Source: Octopus bimaculoides (lineage: Eukaryota). From it: a stretch of 64,000 nucleotides of DNA. The stretch is taken from assembly GCF_001194135.2 (NCBI RefSeq), contig NC_068982.1:27589640-27653639 (forward strand), written 5' to 3'. Shown piece by piece: positions 11,341 to 22,458 of the stretch (its first letter is position 1; each line of letters opens with the position of its first letter). The notes under the pieces are model-generated. The model was not told where the DNA came from, searched no databases, and saw nothing but the letters and a program-made list of their open reading frames with translations. The position numbers and the translations under genes were made by a program.

Positions 11341-12590
11341 ATCATCATCATCATCGTTTAACGTCCGCTTTCCATGCTAGCATGGGTTGGACGATTTGAC
11401 TGAGGACTGGTGAAACCGGATGGCAACACCAGGCTCCAGTCTGATTTGGCAGAGTTTCTACAGCTGGATGCCCTTCCTAACGCCAACCACTCAGAGAGTG
11501 TAGTGGGTGCTTTTACGTGTCACCCGCNNNNNNNNNNNNNNNNNNNNNNNNNNNNNNNNNNNNNNNNNNNNNNNNNNNNNNNNNNNNNNNNNNNNNNNNN
11601 NNNNNNNNNNNNNNNNNNNNNNNNNNNNNNNNNNNNNNNNNNNNNNNNNNNNNNNNNNNNNNNNNNNNNNNNNNNNNNNNNNNNNNNNNNNNNNNNNNNN
11701 NNNNNNNNNNNNNNNNNNNNNNNNNNNNNNNNNNNNNNNNNNNNNNNNNNNNNNNNNNNNNNNNNNNNNNNNNNNNNNNNNNNNNNNNNNNNNNNNNNNN
11801 NNNNNNNNNNNNNNNNNNNNNNNNNNNNNNNNNNNNNNNNNNNNNNNNNNNNNNNNNNNNNNNNNNNNNNNNNNNNNNNNNNNNNNNNNNNNNNNNNNNN
11901 NNNNNNNNNNNNNNNNNNNNNNNNNNNNNNNNNNNNNNNNNNNNNNNNNNNNNNNNNNNNNNNNNNNNNNNNNNNNNNNNNNNNNNNNNNNNNNNNNNNN
12001 NNNNNNNNNNNNNNNNNNNNNNNNNNNNNNNNNNNNNNNNNNNNNNNNNNNNNNNNNNNNNNNNNNNNNNNNNNNNNNNNNNNNNNNNNNNNNNNNNNNN
12101 NNNNNNNNNNNNNNNNNNNNNNNNNNNNNNNNNNNNNNNNNNNNNNNNNNNNNNNNNNNNNNNNNNNNNNNNNNNNNNNNNNNNNNNNNNNNNNNNNNNN
12201 NNNNNNNNNNNNNNNNNNNNNNNNNNNNNNNNNNNNNNNNNNNNNNNNNNNNNNNNNNNCCCAGGCTATTCTTATTCTAGCAGCTACACTTTCAGCGCAC
12301 CCACCCCCACTACTAACTTGGTCGCCCAGATAGCGGAAGCTATCGACTACCTCTAGTTTTTCACCCTGGAATGAGATAGAAGTTGTTTCCTGTTTGTTTG
12401 CAGTCTTTATTGCACCTGAACATCTGCCACAAACAAAAACTAACTTGCTAGTTAACCTGCCTTTGATGTTGCTGCACCTCTTATGTGTCCATAGCTTGCA
12501 CCGGGTACATCTTATAGAGTTACTACCTACTCCTTTTCTACATACTGAGCAGGGCCATCTACCTATACAGTTAAAATTTACAGGAAGCAA
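11341..12590 (-). mobile_element. RTE-clade LINE, same family, inverted; interior lost in N-gap 11528-12259
   Basis: 3'UTR with (ATC)n tail left of the gap; RT/PHD segment WPCSVCRKGVGSNSIRC...SFRYLGD right of the gap; continuity across the gap is inferred. Confidence 0.8.
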
Positions 12591-13016
12591 AAGACAAAGA
12601 CAGGTATAGGAACAAGCAGGTGTATTAGTTTAATGCCCGGAAAAATAAAAAAGTCTTTAACGTTTTGAGCCTATGCTCTTCAACAGAAAGAATTAAGAGA
12701 TAAAAACGGAGAGAGAAAAACTGTGCTGAGTTCAATGGTCTAACATGGCAAGAAGACTGGAAAAAAAAAAGAGGTTGAATGGAAGGAAGATAATAATAAT
12801 AACGGTAATGGTGACCCCCACCCCAATAAACCAAGGTGATTGAATAATTTTCTCTCTGGGTATTATTTATACTTATTTTATCTTTTGCAGATATATAAAA
12901 GGCAGTCAACCTCATTGGAATTTGAACTCAGAATGTAAAAGCAGGAAACTAAATATTGTAGGTTGCTGACATTCCCACCAAATCATTACTGATAAAGAAA
13001 ATATAAGGGATACATA

Positions 13017-13224
13017 CAAAGGGGTGTTGAAAAGTTCCTTGATTTTGGGTAAAAGAAAATACAGGAGGATCAGTTAATTATGATTTTATTCCCCTCAGAT
13101 TCACACACTTATTGCAGCCATCCTCCAGTTTTTCCTAAGTCCTGTAAAAGAACTCAGAAAGTTGGGCATTCAACCATGCCTTTCACAATATCCTTAAAGC
13201 CAGGAACTTTTCAGTACCCCCTCG
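13017..13224. mobile_element. Tc1/mariner-type MITE
   Basis: TIRs CAAAGGGGTGTTGAAAAGTTCC versus (reverse complement) CGAGGGGGTACTGAAAAGTTCC; TA on both sides. Confidence 0.85.
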
Positions 13225-13886
13225 TATATATATAGTTGTTATGCACAATATAGTCAATTTGTTTGTCTCTAATATATTACTGATACACAATGCTTTGAGC
13301 CTGGATCATTTTAATTTGAAATGGTAACTAAACACTATAAATTATCCAAACTCATTTCATCCTCCAACACTAACTCCATGTCTCTAAACAACATTAGGAT
13401 ATTCTACAATGAAAATTAAAAGCACATAATCTATAATTGTCATTACTTGAAATCATACAACATAGACGCAAGAACACTACAATACCAAACTAATTGCCTT
13501 AAATGTAATTTAGTTTTATATTTCAAGGGTTCTGAGTTCAAATTTGGCTACAATCATATTTACAAAATTGTTAAAATAAATACTAGTGACAAGCAGTCAT
13601 AATTTCAGTAAACTGTATTTCTACAAGACTAGTTTTATACTTTCCCAAAAGAAATTATTATTATTGTTATCATCATTATTATTAAGCTGGTGAGCTGGCA
13701 GAATTGTTAGCACATCAGACAACATGCTTAGCTCTTTACGTTCTGAGATCAAATGCCACTAAGGTCTGTGGCTTTCATCCTTTTGAAGTAGAGAAATAAG
13801 TAAGCACCAGTCAAGCACTGAGGTCAATGATACTGACTTACTTCTTTCTCTAAAATTGCTGGCCTAGTGCCAAAATTTGAAACCAT

Positions 13887-13975
13887 TATTATTATTAGTA
13901 GTAGTAATAGTAATAATAATAATAATGATGATGATGATGATGATGATGATGATAATAATAATAATAACAATAATA
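13887..13975. repeat. Compound trinucleotide microsatellite (ATT/AGT/AAT/GAT)
   Basis: Direct reading; other microsatellites include (CT)n 2742-2793 and 38430-38486, (TA)n 49707-49760, (CA)n 43135-43169 and (TG)n 61352-61384. Confidence 0.9.
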
Positions 13976-14532
13976 AATGCCCTGATGTAGTACCAGGCAG
14001 CGGCTCTTATGGTTTCTGATCTTAATTGATTGGAAGTGTTATCATGTACGTTGTTTTGTCTTGGTATAAAAGACGGGCTGCAGCAAATATTCTGCTCAAT
14101 ACCACAGATTTGCTTGTCAGTTGTTTGACCTTAACCAGTTGAGCATGTCCCTTAGTAGCTGACGATATGTGCATCTCTGTTCAGGAGCAGAAGTAGCGGG
14201 AGAACATCATAACCATGTGTTGAGAGGAATTCTTTGGGGTTTGAATAATTCACCTTTGGAAACATGGGTGTTTTGTTCATCATCCTTAAACAAACCTTAT
14301 TCAGGGACCTTTTGAGTGGGGTGGGCTATTCAACCTAAAGAAAATTCTAACTGGGCCCCACCTGCAAGGTCATGCGCTGTTTATCTTGAAAGAAGATCAC
14401 CATGTCGCACACATGTGGCTGTGATGCACGTGCCTGGTGTACCCTTATCAGAAGGGTAGTAATGATGGGTATATTGGGCTTCGTATAATTGCACCCCAGT
14501 GTCAATTTGATGCATGCGCTGCTCTCTCACTC
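13976..14532 (+). mobile_element. Interspersed repeat, probably a non-LTR element 3' region, bounded by (AAT)n/(GAT)n tracts
   Basis: GC-richer block between a compound microsatellite (13887-13975) and TAATAATAA; recalled as an octopus repeat; class uncertain. Confidence 0.5.
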
Positions 14533-14851
14533 AGTAATAATAAGAGGGTGTGCTGGCAGAATCATTAGCACACTGGGGAAAATGCTTAGCAGCATTTTGT
14601 CTGTCTTTATGTTTTGAGTTCAACTTTTGCCTTTTATCCTTTCAAGGTTGATTAAATAAGTATCAGTTCAGCACTGGGGTTGGAGTAAGTGTCTTTCCCA
14701 CTCTCCTCCAAATTGCTGGCATTGTGCAAGAATTAAAAAGAATTATTGTTATTACTATGTCAATTTTTTTTTTATATGTTTAAAGAGAAAAGAGAAATAA
14801 AAATATGTTTTAAAAGAAAAACTTAAAGGGTTTTTTTGTTGTTTTTTTTAC

Positions 14852-15002
14852 CTGACTTATGACCAACAAAGGTTGCAGCACATTTGCCAGTGTCAGCAGC
14901 CCAAACTTTCAGTTGCATATCTGCACTGCCACTCAAAACAACAATTCCTGATGGGAATAAACGACACGTGTTGACCTCACCAACATGGCCTGTTAAGTTG
15001 CG
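14852..15002 (-). CDS. PAAF1: PAAF1 coding exon 6 (RNLTGHVGEVNTCRLFPSGIVVLSGSADMQLKVW...GHKS)
   Basis: ttgcag/gtaaaa; 151 nt; WD40 repeat matching GHVFDVNCCRFFPSGLVVLSGGMDAQLKIW. Confidence 0.97.
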
Positions 15003-15323
15003 CTGCAATTAAATCAATGGATTTCAGATTTATAATTAAAATGTAAAAAAAAATAATTACTGCAAATATCTCAGCTTATTCATGTTGTAGCTATTGTAGA
15101 TCTGAGCTAATTGAAGGAACATTTATGTGAGTGATAATGAGCCTGTAATACACATACTGGCAGTGTAACTTCAGAGAAGGTCTAAATTCAATATGGCTTT
15201 AACTTTGTAACTCTTTTGATGAACTGAACTTTTAGTCAAAAATAAAGGAATTTTAAAATGAAATAAATAAATAAATGAAATATTTAAAAATCAATTTTAA
15301 GTTTCTGTTTATTGAATACTTAC

Positions 15324-15419
15324 TCTGACTTCTCCAGTGTCTATCTGCCATACTTTCAAAGTTCCATCTGTAGAAGAAGAAACTCCCAGACCACCAGTGC
15401 TTACATCTAGACCTAACAA
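15324..15419 (-). CDS. PAAF1: PAAF1 coding exon 5 (LLGLDVSTGGLGVSSSTDGTLKVWQIDTGEVR)
   Basis: ttccag/gtaagt; 96 nt; WD40 repeat matching GGLGVSSSTDGTMKIW. Confidence 0.96.
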
Positions 15420-16217
15420 CTGGAAATACGATGAAAATGAAATTGAAAGATGGAAGCTTTATTTGAAACAAGGTGAAATAATTACATTAAAAGTCATTTG
15501 AATTTGTTGAGTTGAAATCAATGATCAAATCTTACATGTAAAAAAAGTTAAGATAGGGAAGAGGTGGAAAATCCCCTTTTTATCTATATAGGAGAATAGT
15601 AAATCTCCCTTCTTAGCTATATAAAAGAAAAAAGATCAAAGGGCAATCTCAAGCTGTAGGCTCATAAGGCCAGTTTCCTGGATTCTCTGGTGTATATACT
15701 CTCCATTGGATGGGAAACCAGTCTGTTGCAGGAATACTCATTTTTGCCAGCTGAGGGGACTGGAGCAAGCATGAAATGAAGTGTTTTGCTCAAGAACACC
15801 GCCTGGTCTAGGAATTGAAACTACAATCTTATGATCATGAGTCCAACATCCTAACCACTTAGCTATATAGGGGAGTAGTTAAAATACCGCCTTAGCTACA
15901 TAGGGAAGTGGTAAAACTTCTTTCACAGCTATAAATGGAAGGGATAACACTACTTCTTTGACTCATTATATAGGGAAACTGCAAAGCTACCTCCTTAGCT
16001 ATGAAGAAGTCACATAAAATCTCTGACAAAAAACAGCAAACAACCATAAATTAAAGTATATTTGAGAACCTAGGAAAGATATATTACTCTATGAATCAAA
16101 TAAACGTTCAATCCAATATTATATAAAGCATCAATATTCAACAGCAGTAAAAAAAAATGCAGTAACAAAAAATGCAGTAAAAAACGGGGGTGGGGAGAAG
16201 AAAAAGGAGTTTCTTAC

Positions 16218-16328
16218 AGATTTGTTTGGATCATGGATAGCAGGAAAAGTCTTCAAAGGACTTAGGAATGTCATAAAATTAGAAGGTTGACTTGAGCATT
16301 CATCACAGTAACTAATATCAATTCTTTG
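16218..16328 (-). CDS. PAAF1: PAAF1 coding exon 4 (QRIDISYCD...FLSPLKTFPAIHDPNKS)
   Basis: ttgcag/gtaaga; 111 nt, phase 0/0; similar to FLAPYTTFSRIHTKS. Confidence 0.92.
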
Positions 16329-16998
16329 CTGCAAAACATGTAAAACAGTATTTCTTTGACATTATAACAATTTATTACAAAGTTGTTACTGTATTTATAA
16401 TTCTTTCTAATATAGGTGCTGGTGCCATGTACAAAGCACTGGTGATGGTGCCACATAAAAAGCACCCAATGCACTCTGTAAAGTGGTTGACATTAGGAAG
16501 GACATCCAGCTGTAGAAACCAAGCCAAAACAGACTATGGAACCTGATGCAACTCCTGACCTTGCCAGTTCTTGTCAAGCCATCCAAACCATGCCAGCATA
16601 GAAAATGGATGCCAAATAATGATGATGACAATGATGATGGCAGAGAAAGACAGTGCCAGATTTAGGACAGGCGAGGCTCTGTGCTAGTCAAGTTATGAGG
16701 TCCCTTACTTGGACAGTCATGCAAATGTGCTCAGGAAATTCATTGTAAAAAATTTGTTGGGCAGGGAAATGTGCCCCTCGGTCAATGGGGCCCTGTGCTT
16801 AAGCACACCTGAGTACAATGGTAAATCTGGTACTGCAAGGAGGGGACTAGTCAATTACATCAACCCCAGTGTTCAACTGGTACTTATTTTATTAATGTTA
16901 AAAGGATGAAAAGCCAAGTTGATCTCAGCAGAATTTGAACTCAGAACATAAAGGTGAAAAAAATGCCACCAAGCACTTTATTCGGTGCGTTAATGATT

Positions 16999-17230
16999 CT
17001 TATTTCTTTATTGCCCACAAAGGGCTAAACATAGAGGGGACAAACAAGGATAGACAAGGGGATTAAGTCGATTACATCGACCCCAATGCGTAACTGGTAC
17101 TTAATTTATCGACCCTGAAAGGATGAAAGGCAAAGTCAACCTCAGCAGAATTTGAACTCAGAATGTCATGGCAGACGAAACACCGCTAAGCATTTCGCCC
17201 GGCGTGCTAACGTTTCTGCCAGCTCGCTGC
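16999..17230 (-). mobile_element. Family A SINE, full length, nested in an older family A copy (~16805-17265)
   Basis: Near-identical to 57659-57891; TSD CGGTG(C/T)GTTAATGATT at 16983-16998 and 17231-17246. Confidence 0.9.
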
Positions 17231-17483
17231 CGGTGTGTTAATGATTTTGCTATCTCACTGTCTTCATTATTGTATTTATAATAACATGAATTTAAACACA
17301 AAGATAAAAAAATATTAGGCAATGACAGTTGATTAATTAAGCAGAGTGTTTAAAAGCAGACATCAATGGAGTACATGTTTCCTTTTTTTTATTTTCAGAT
17401 AAGTTATAAAAACACAAAAATTCATGTAAGCAGAAACCAATTACTTTATACATCATATTCATACAATGTTTTACTCTCTATAA

Positions 17484-17766
17484 GTGAAGGTGCATGGCTT
17501 AGTGGTTAGAGTGTTGCACTCACAAGTGAAAGACCATAGTTTCAATTCCCAGGCTGGGTGGTGCAATGTGTTCTTGAACAAAACACTTCATCTTGCATTG
17601 CTCTGTGATCACTTTGCCATGTGATGTGTGGCATACCATGCACCTGTACAGACAATGTTGATTTGATGGAAATATTTAATCACTATAAGTAAATCATCTG
17701 TGCAGGTTGTTCAGCAGTAAACAGCAGAACCCTCATTTGTCATCTATGAGAGGAGGAGAGAGTATG
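17484..17766 (+). mobile_element. tRNA-derived SINE, family E, 11-bp TSD
   Basis: GTGAAGGTGCATGGCTTAGTGGTTAGAG head; TSD ACTCTCTATAA at 17473-17483 and 17767-17777. Confidence 0.8.
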
Positions 17767-19395
17767 ACTCTCTATAAAGATAACAGCTTGTATCTAATGA
17801 CTGTAAGAATAGATTGAATTTTAAGATCGATACTGTGTGATAAGAAAAAGACTGAGAAACAAGTTAGAGATAGAATTAGGAGCAGAAAAGTCCTAACAAC
17901 TTATATCATTTAAAATGTCAAGTGCTCTGTTTAAAAGCTCAACAATGTATTCCATGACAAGCTGAGTTAATCTTAGAATAATTTACAATTATTCAAACCC
18001 ATAGCATTCACCTTGCATTATTTATAAATACACAAAGGTGGCAAGCTGGCAAAATCGTTAACATGCCAGACAAAGTGCTTGGTGACATTTTGTCCATTTA
18101 CGTTCTGAGTTCAAATTCCGCCGAGATTCACTTTGCTTTTTATCCTTCTTTCAGGGGTCAGTGAAGTAATTACCAGTTGAACACAGGGGTCAATGTAATT
18201 GACTTACCCCTTCCCCCAAAATTTCTGGTCTTGTGCCTATAGCAGAAAGGGATTATTTATAAATACACAAATGTGCAGGCATAGCCATGTGGTTAAGAGG
18301 TTTACTTCCCAATCACATGGTCTCAGGTTCAGAGTTACTGCCTGGCAACTTGGGTAAATGTTTGCTACTACAGCACTGGGCTGACCAAAGCCTTGAGTGG
18401 GCTTGATAGTTGGAAACTAAAAGAAGACCATCAAGCAAGTATGCATGTGTGTGTGTGTGCACATGCTTGTGCCTCTTTGTCTTGACATCATGTGACAGTT
18501 GTAAATGAGTGTCACCATCATACAGGCAGTGTCATTCATTTCCAATATTTTGTGAAACCATGTTTGGGTATGGAGAAATATTATCTGGCTAGGAAACAGG
18601 TGAAGATTGGCAACAGGAAATGACATGTGTCTGCAGAAAATCTGCCTCAATAGACTCCATGTGACCCACACAAGCTTGCAAAAGTGGGCATTAAAACAAA
18701 GATATGTAAAACAGAAGCAGGGATGATGTACAAAACGGATTTCCTTTTGACTATACACAAAACTAATCGTCCCATAACTCAAGAATATCTGAAGAATTGA
18801 AATAAACTCAAAAGTCAGTTTAGTGATTTATCCAAATATGGATGTGTCATTGGGAAGCCTTAATGTATAATGGCCAATATTTAATGAAATATAGTAGAAC
18901 CTGGAGAAAAGTTCAAGAATTATAAGGCACCATAGGAATAAAAAGAAACCTAGTATTAGCTTTAAATCATTATCATCATCATTTAATGGCTATGTTGCAT
19001 GCTGGCATGGGTTAGACGGTTTGAAAGGAACTACACTGAGCTCCAATGTCTGCTTTGGCATGGTTTTTATAGCTGGATGCCCTTCCTAATACCAATATTT
19101 TTTAGATTGAGTCAAAGGTACCATTAGCAGAAAAGATCATATTTTTTTACTGTTTAATTGTGAAATAAATTTCATGGTTATTCCAGTAATGCTGCTAAAC
19201 ATTTATCAAAAAATAGAATTGGCATGTTCTCTAAGTCAATAAACTCAATAAACTTGACATATTTCAATAGAAAATAGTTTTAAACATAACATTCCTCAAT
19301 AAAAGAAAGAGAGGTATATAAAACTGCTTTCTGCAGGGTAATGAAATTTTGAACGGATGTATCTGCTTTTCACAGTAAAAGAGTTAAATACTTAC

Positions 19396-19499
19396 CCCTT
19401 GAATTCTCTTGACAGAAAAACCATTACTGCCAACGACATTGGGAAGACCAGGGGCAGCAATACTTTGTGTAACCAACTGACCTCTAATTGTAGGGTTGG
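19396..19499 (-). CDS. PAAF1: PAAF1 coding exon 3 (NPTIRGQLVTQSIAAPGLPNVVGSNGFSVKRIQG)
   Basis: ctttag/gtaagt; 104 nt; similar to KPSLYGSLTCQGIGLDGIPEVTASEGFTV. Confidence 0.9.
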
Positions 19500-19655
19500 C
19501 TAAAGAAGTAAATTTTATATAATGGATTAATATGGATACAGAGAAGATGAAATACTGCAAAGAATAACTAACTATAATCTGAACAGAACTAAATTAAATA
19601 AAATATGAAGATGAAAGTTATAATTTATCAAAGCTTATGTGAACAAAGTAATTCA

Positions 19656-20010
19656 TCATCATCGTTTAACATCCGCTTTCCATGCTAGCATGGGTTGGAC
19701 GATTTGACTGAGGACTGGTGAACCAGATGGCTACACCAGGCTCCAATCTGATTTGGCAGAGTTTCTACAGCTGGATGCCCTTCCTAATGCCAACCACTCC
19801 GAGAGTGTAGTGGGTGTTTTTACGTGCCACCGGCACGAAGGCCAGTCAGGAGGTACTGACAACGGCCACGCTCGAAATGGTGTATTTTAGGTGCCACCTG
19901 CACAGGAGCCAGTCCAGCGGTACTGGCAACGAACTCGCTCGAATGTCTTTTCACGTGCCACTGGGCGATGTTGGTAACGATCACGCTCAAATGGTGCTAT
20001 TTACGTGCCC
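19656..20010 (-). mobile_element. RTE-family 3'UTR / RTE-dependent short element with (GAT)n tail
   Basis: Near-identical to 11341-11527, 27755-28020(+), 37799-37982, 46087-46378, 48340-48680 and 60205-60448 (CCATGCTAGCATGGGTTGGACG...CAGCTGGATGCCCTTCC). Confidence 0.85.
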
Positions 20011-20249
20011 CTATAAAAAAATTAATTATAGACCATCATAGTCTAAAATGACCATGAGGAAATTATAATATCTACTGCCATGATGTGATTGTCATTGTCT
20101 TAAACTCATTTTTACAAGCATGGCAAAACAGTGAGAGCATCATGAGCAGTGCAACAGCCATGAAACATAGACTTAATGTAAATGGTTGCAACTGAGTGTA
20201 TATAAATGTAAGTAATGAAAAATGATGATCATCATCATTTAATATCTGA

Positions 20250-21800
20250 TTGCCATAGCAGCATAGACTGGAAAGCTGGATGGTTTTGACAGGAGTTGGT
20301 GAGCCAGAAAAACTGTACCAAGCTCTACTGTCTGCCATGGCATGGTTTGTGTGGCCAGATGCCATTCTTAACAAGAGCAACTTTACAGAGTGTTCTGGGT
20401 GTTTTTTTACATTTGACACTAGCACCAGTGAAATAACTTACATAACAAAACTCCTCAGTTGAGTGAGGAGTAGTATTGAGGGAGGTGGTTTTGTACCAGA
20501 TGATGAGAGGTTAGAGTATGAATAGAGGGATAGAATCAGGTGTCATGCAGTGGAGATGATACATGGCTACATCAGTTGGGAGGGGGGGGAGAGAGAGAGA
20601 GAGAATGAATGGAAAATGACAGATGCTAGGGAGGAGAATGCAGTGAGTGAACATATATGGAGAGAAGAATGTCAGGAAGACGAGTTGTGTGTATGTGAGA
20701 GAGAGAGAAAGAGACAGACAGACAGAGACGAAGAGAGAGAGAGAGATTCGTCAGTGATAAATTGTGTACAGGTATGTTTTTCAAGTGTGCAAAAGGAGAG
20801 TGGAGGATAGAGAGGAGGGGAATGCAGTGAGAGGTGGACATGGGAGAATGGAGGAAGACCTGTTAGGGTGATGAGTTGTGGGGTTAGAATGTCATGAGTT
20901 ATGGGGGAGTGGAGCATAGACATGTTTAGGGTCTCATTTTTACTAAGATGGATGAATCTTCTCAAGCACAGAAATATGCCAATCTTCTTGGTTCTTTGCC
21001 ATCTCCTCTGGGAAGCTCATCATCTGAAAGTCTTTCTTTTCCAAAGGTTCCATCCACATTTAGGAATCTGCACTTATTTATGCAGCTGTCCTCATCCATA
21101 ATACATCTCATAACCAAACCAACACAGTCTTCTCTCTTGCGCACTTTATATCTGATACCGCTTTTGCCTAGTTTTTCTTTCAACACATTTACACTTTATC
21201 ATTCATGCACACTGACTCTGCACATCCAGCAAAGCATGCTAGCTTCTTCAGAGCATTCACATGTTCTCTGCATTCACAGCCCACATTTCACAACCATATA
21301 GCACTGCTGTTCATACACAAGCATCATACAATCTCCTTTTCACTCTGGGGGAAAGGCCCATTGTTACCTACAAAGGTAAGACCTCTCTGAACTTTCCCCA
21401 GCCAGTTCAGATTCTAGTGCCTGTGCCTTCAGAGCATCCTCCTCTGCTGCTAATTATGACATCTAAGCACAGAAAAAAATTTACTACCTCTAAGGATCTT
21501 CCTGGGGGTTTGAGGGAATTTATTTCCTGAGTATTCTTAGTGTTTATTGTTTATGCATTTCTGCCACACACAAAGACTACCTTCTCCATTAACCTTCCTG
21601 TAATTCAGCTGCACTTATGTGTCCATGATTTGCATTGGGTACACCATATAGAATTTCTACTTAAACCATTTCTATATATTGAGCAGGAGCATTTTCCTGA
21701 AGGGATTAGTAATTTGTATGCTTTCTTGCTTACTAAGACTTTGGTCTTTGCTAAGTTAACTCTAAGGCCCTTTGAGTCCAAGCCTTGCTTACACACCTTG
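20250..21800 (-). mobile_element. Degenerate RTE LINE 3' portion with GA-rich 3'UTR
   Basis: KGLRVNLAKTKV, CSICR...CTQCKSWTHKC and EDSCINKC motifs; 3'UTR related to 34100-34600 and 38270-38940. Confidence 0.8.
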
Positions 21801-21992
21801 CAAATATGAAAAAAAAAAATCCAGATATAAAGTAATGATGATGATGGTGATGTTTGTGATAAACTTTTTCTACTTTTAAGCTTTAATAAATCAATGTTAT
21901 TCTTCTTGTCAGATGTTAAATTTCTCAGTGGAGATGGAGAATTGTTAAAGAATTAAATTATAGAGGTGAAAAACTGATTGGAAAATATATAC

Positions 21993-22045
21993 CTGAAGTT
22001 TCTGAGAGATCTTGAAGTGCAACCCATGCTCTTCCATGATTTTCT
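21993..22045 (-). CDS. PAAF1: PAAF1 coding exon 2 (ENHGRAWVALQDLSETS)
   Basis: ttttag acceptor, gtatat donor; 53 nt, joins exons 1 and 3 in frame; similar to KDEGEAWLSCHPP. Confidence 0.88.
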
Positions 22046-22195
22046 CTAAAATCAAGCAAACAATATTTAATTGCATACCCAATTAAACAAACAATCTAAT
22101 AAAATAATATTAATTAAATGTCTAAATTGAGTTGTTACTGATAAAATTTACAATTTTATTAACCTCATCTTTAGAGATTAAGACATGCTAATATC

Positions 22196-22458
22196 TACAC
22201 CACGTTTCCATCAGTTTGATCTCTGATTATCATCAGATATCATATTCCTGAGTCTGTATATACTACCAAACCGGATTCGAACTAGGACTCTTTACTTATA
22301 AACTAAGAGCATAAAACTCTGAGAGCTCAGTAACCTTGTAGATTAGACCGTTTAAAAATAAAAGTTCCTAGTTCGAATCCACTTTGGTACCATACACACA
22401 TCTAGGAATAAGACACCTGAGGATGATGATGCAGGTGAAACTGATCAAAACGTTGTTC
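22196..22458. repeat. Imperfect palindrome; each arm is a tRNA-like head plus a hammerhead-like motif
   Basis: Arms share TCCTAGTTCGAATCC, TTTGGTA, AGGAATA, CTGANGA and AAACTGAT..AAACGT; centre GAGCTC at 22323-22328. Confidence 0.75.

Noticed and set aside
11410-12590. Long ORFs of 257-356 aa, and likewise 217-275 aa at 47655-48517
   Set aside because: Artefacts of translating through N-gaps.
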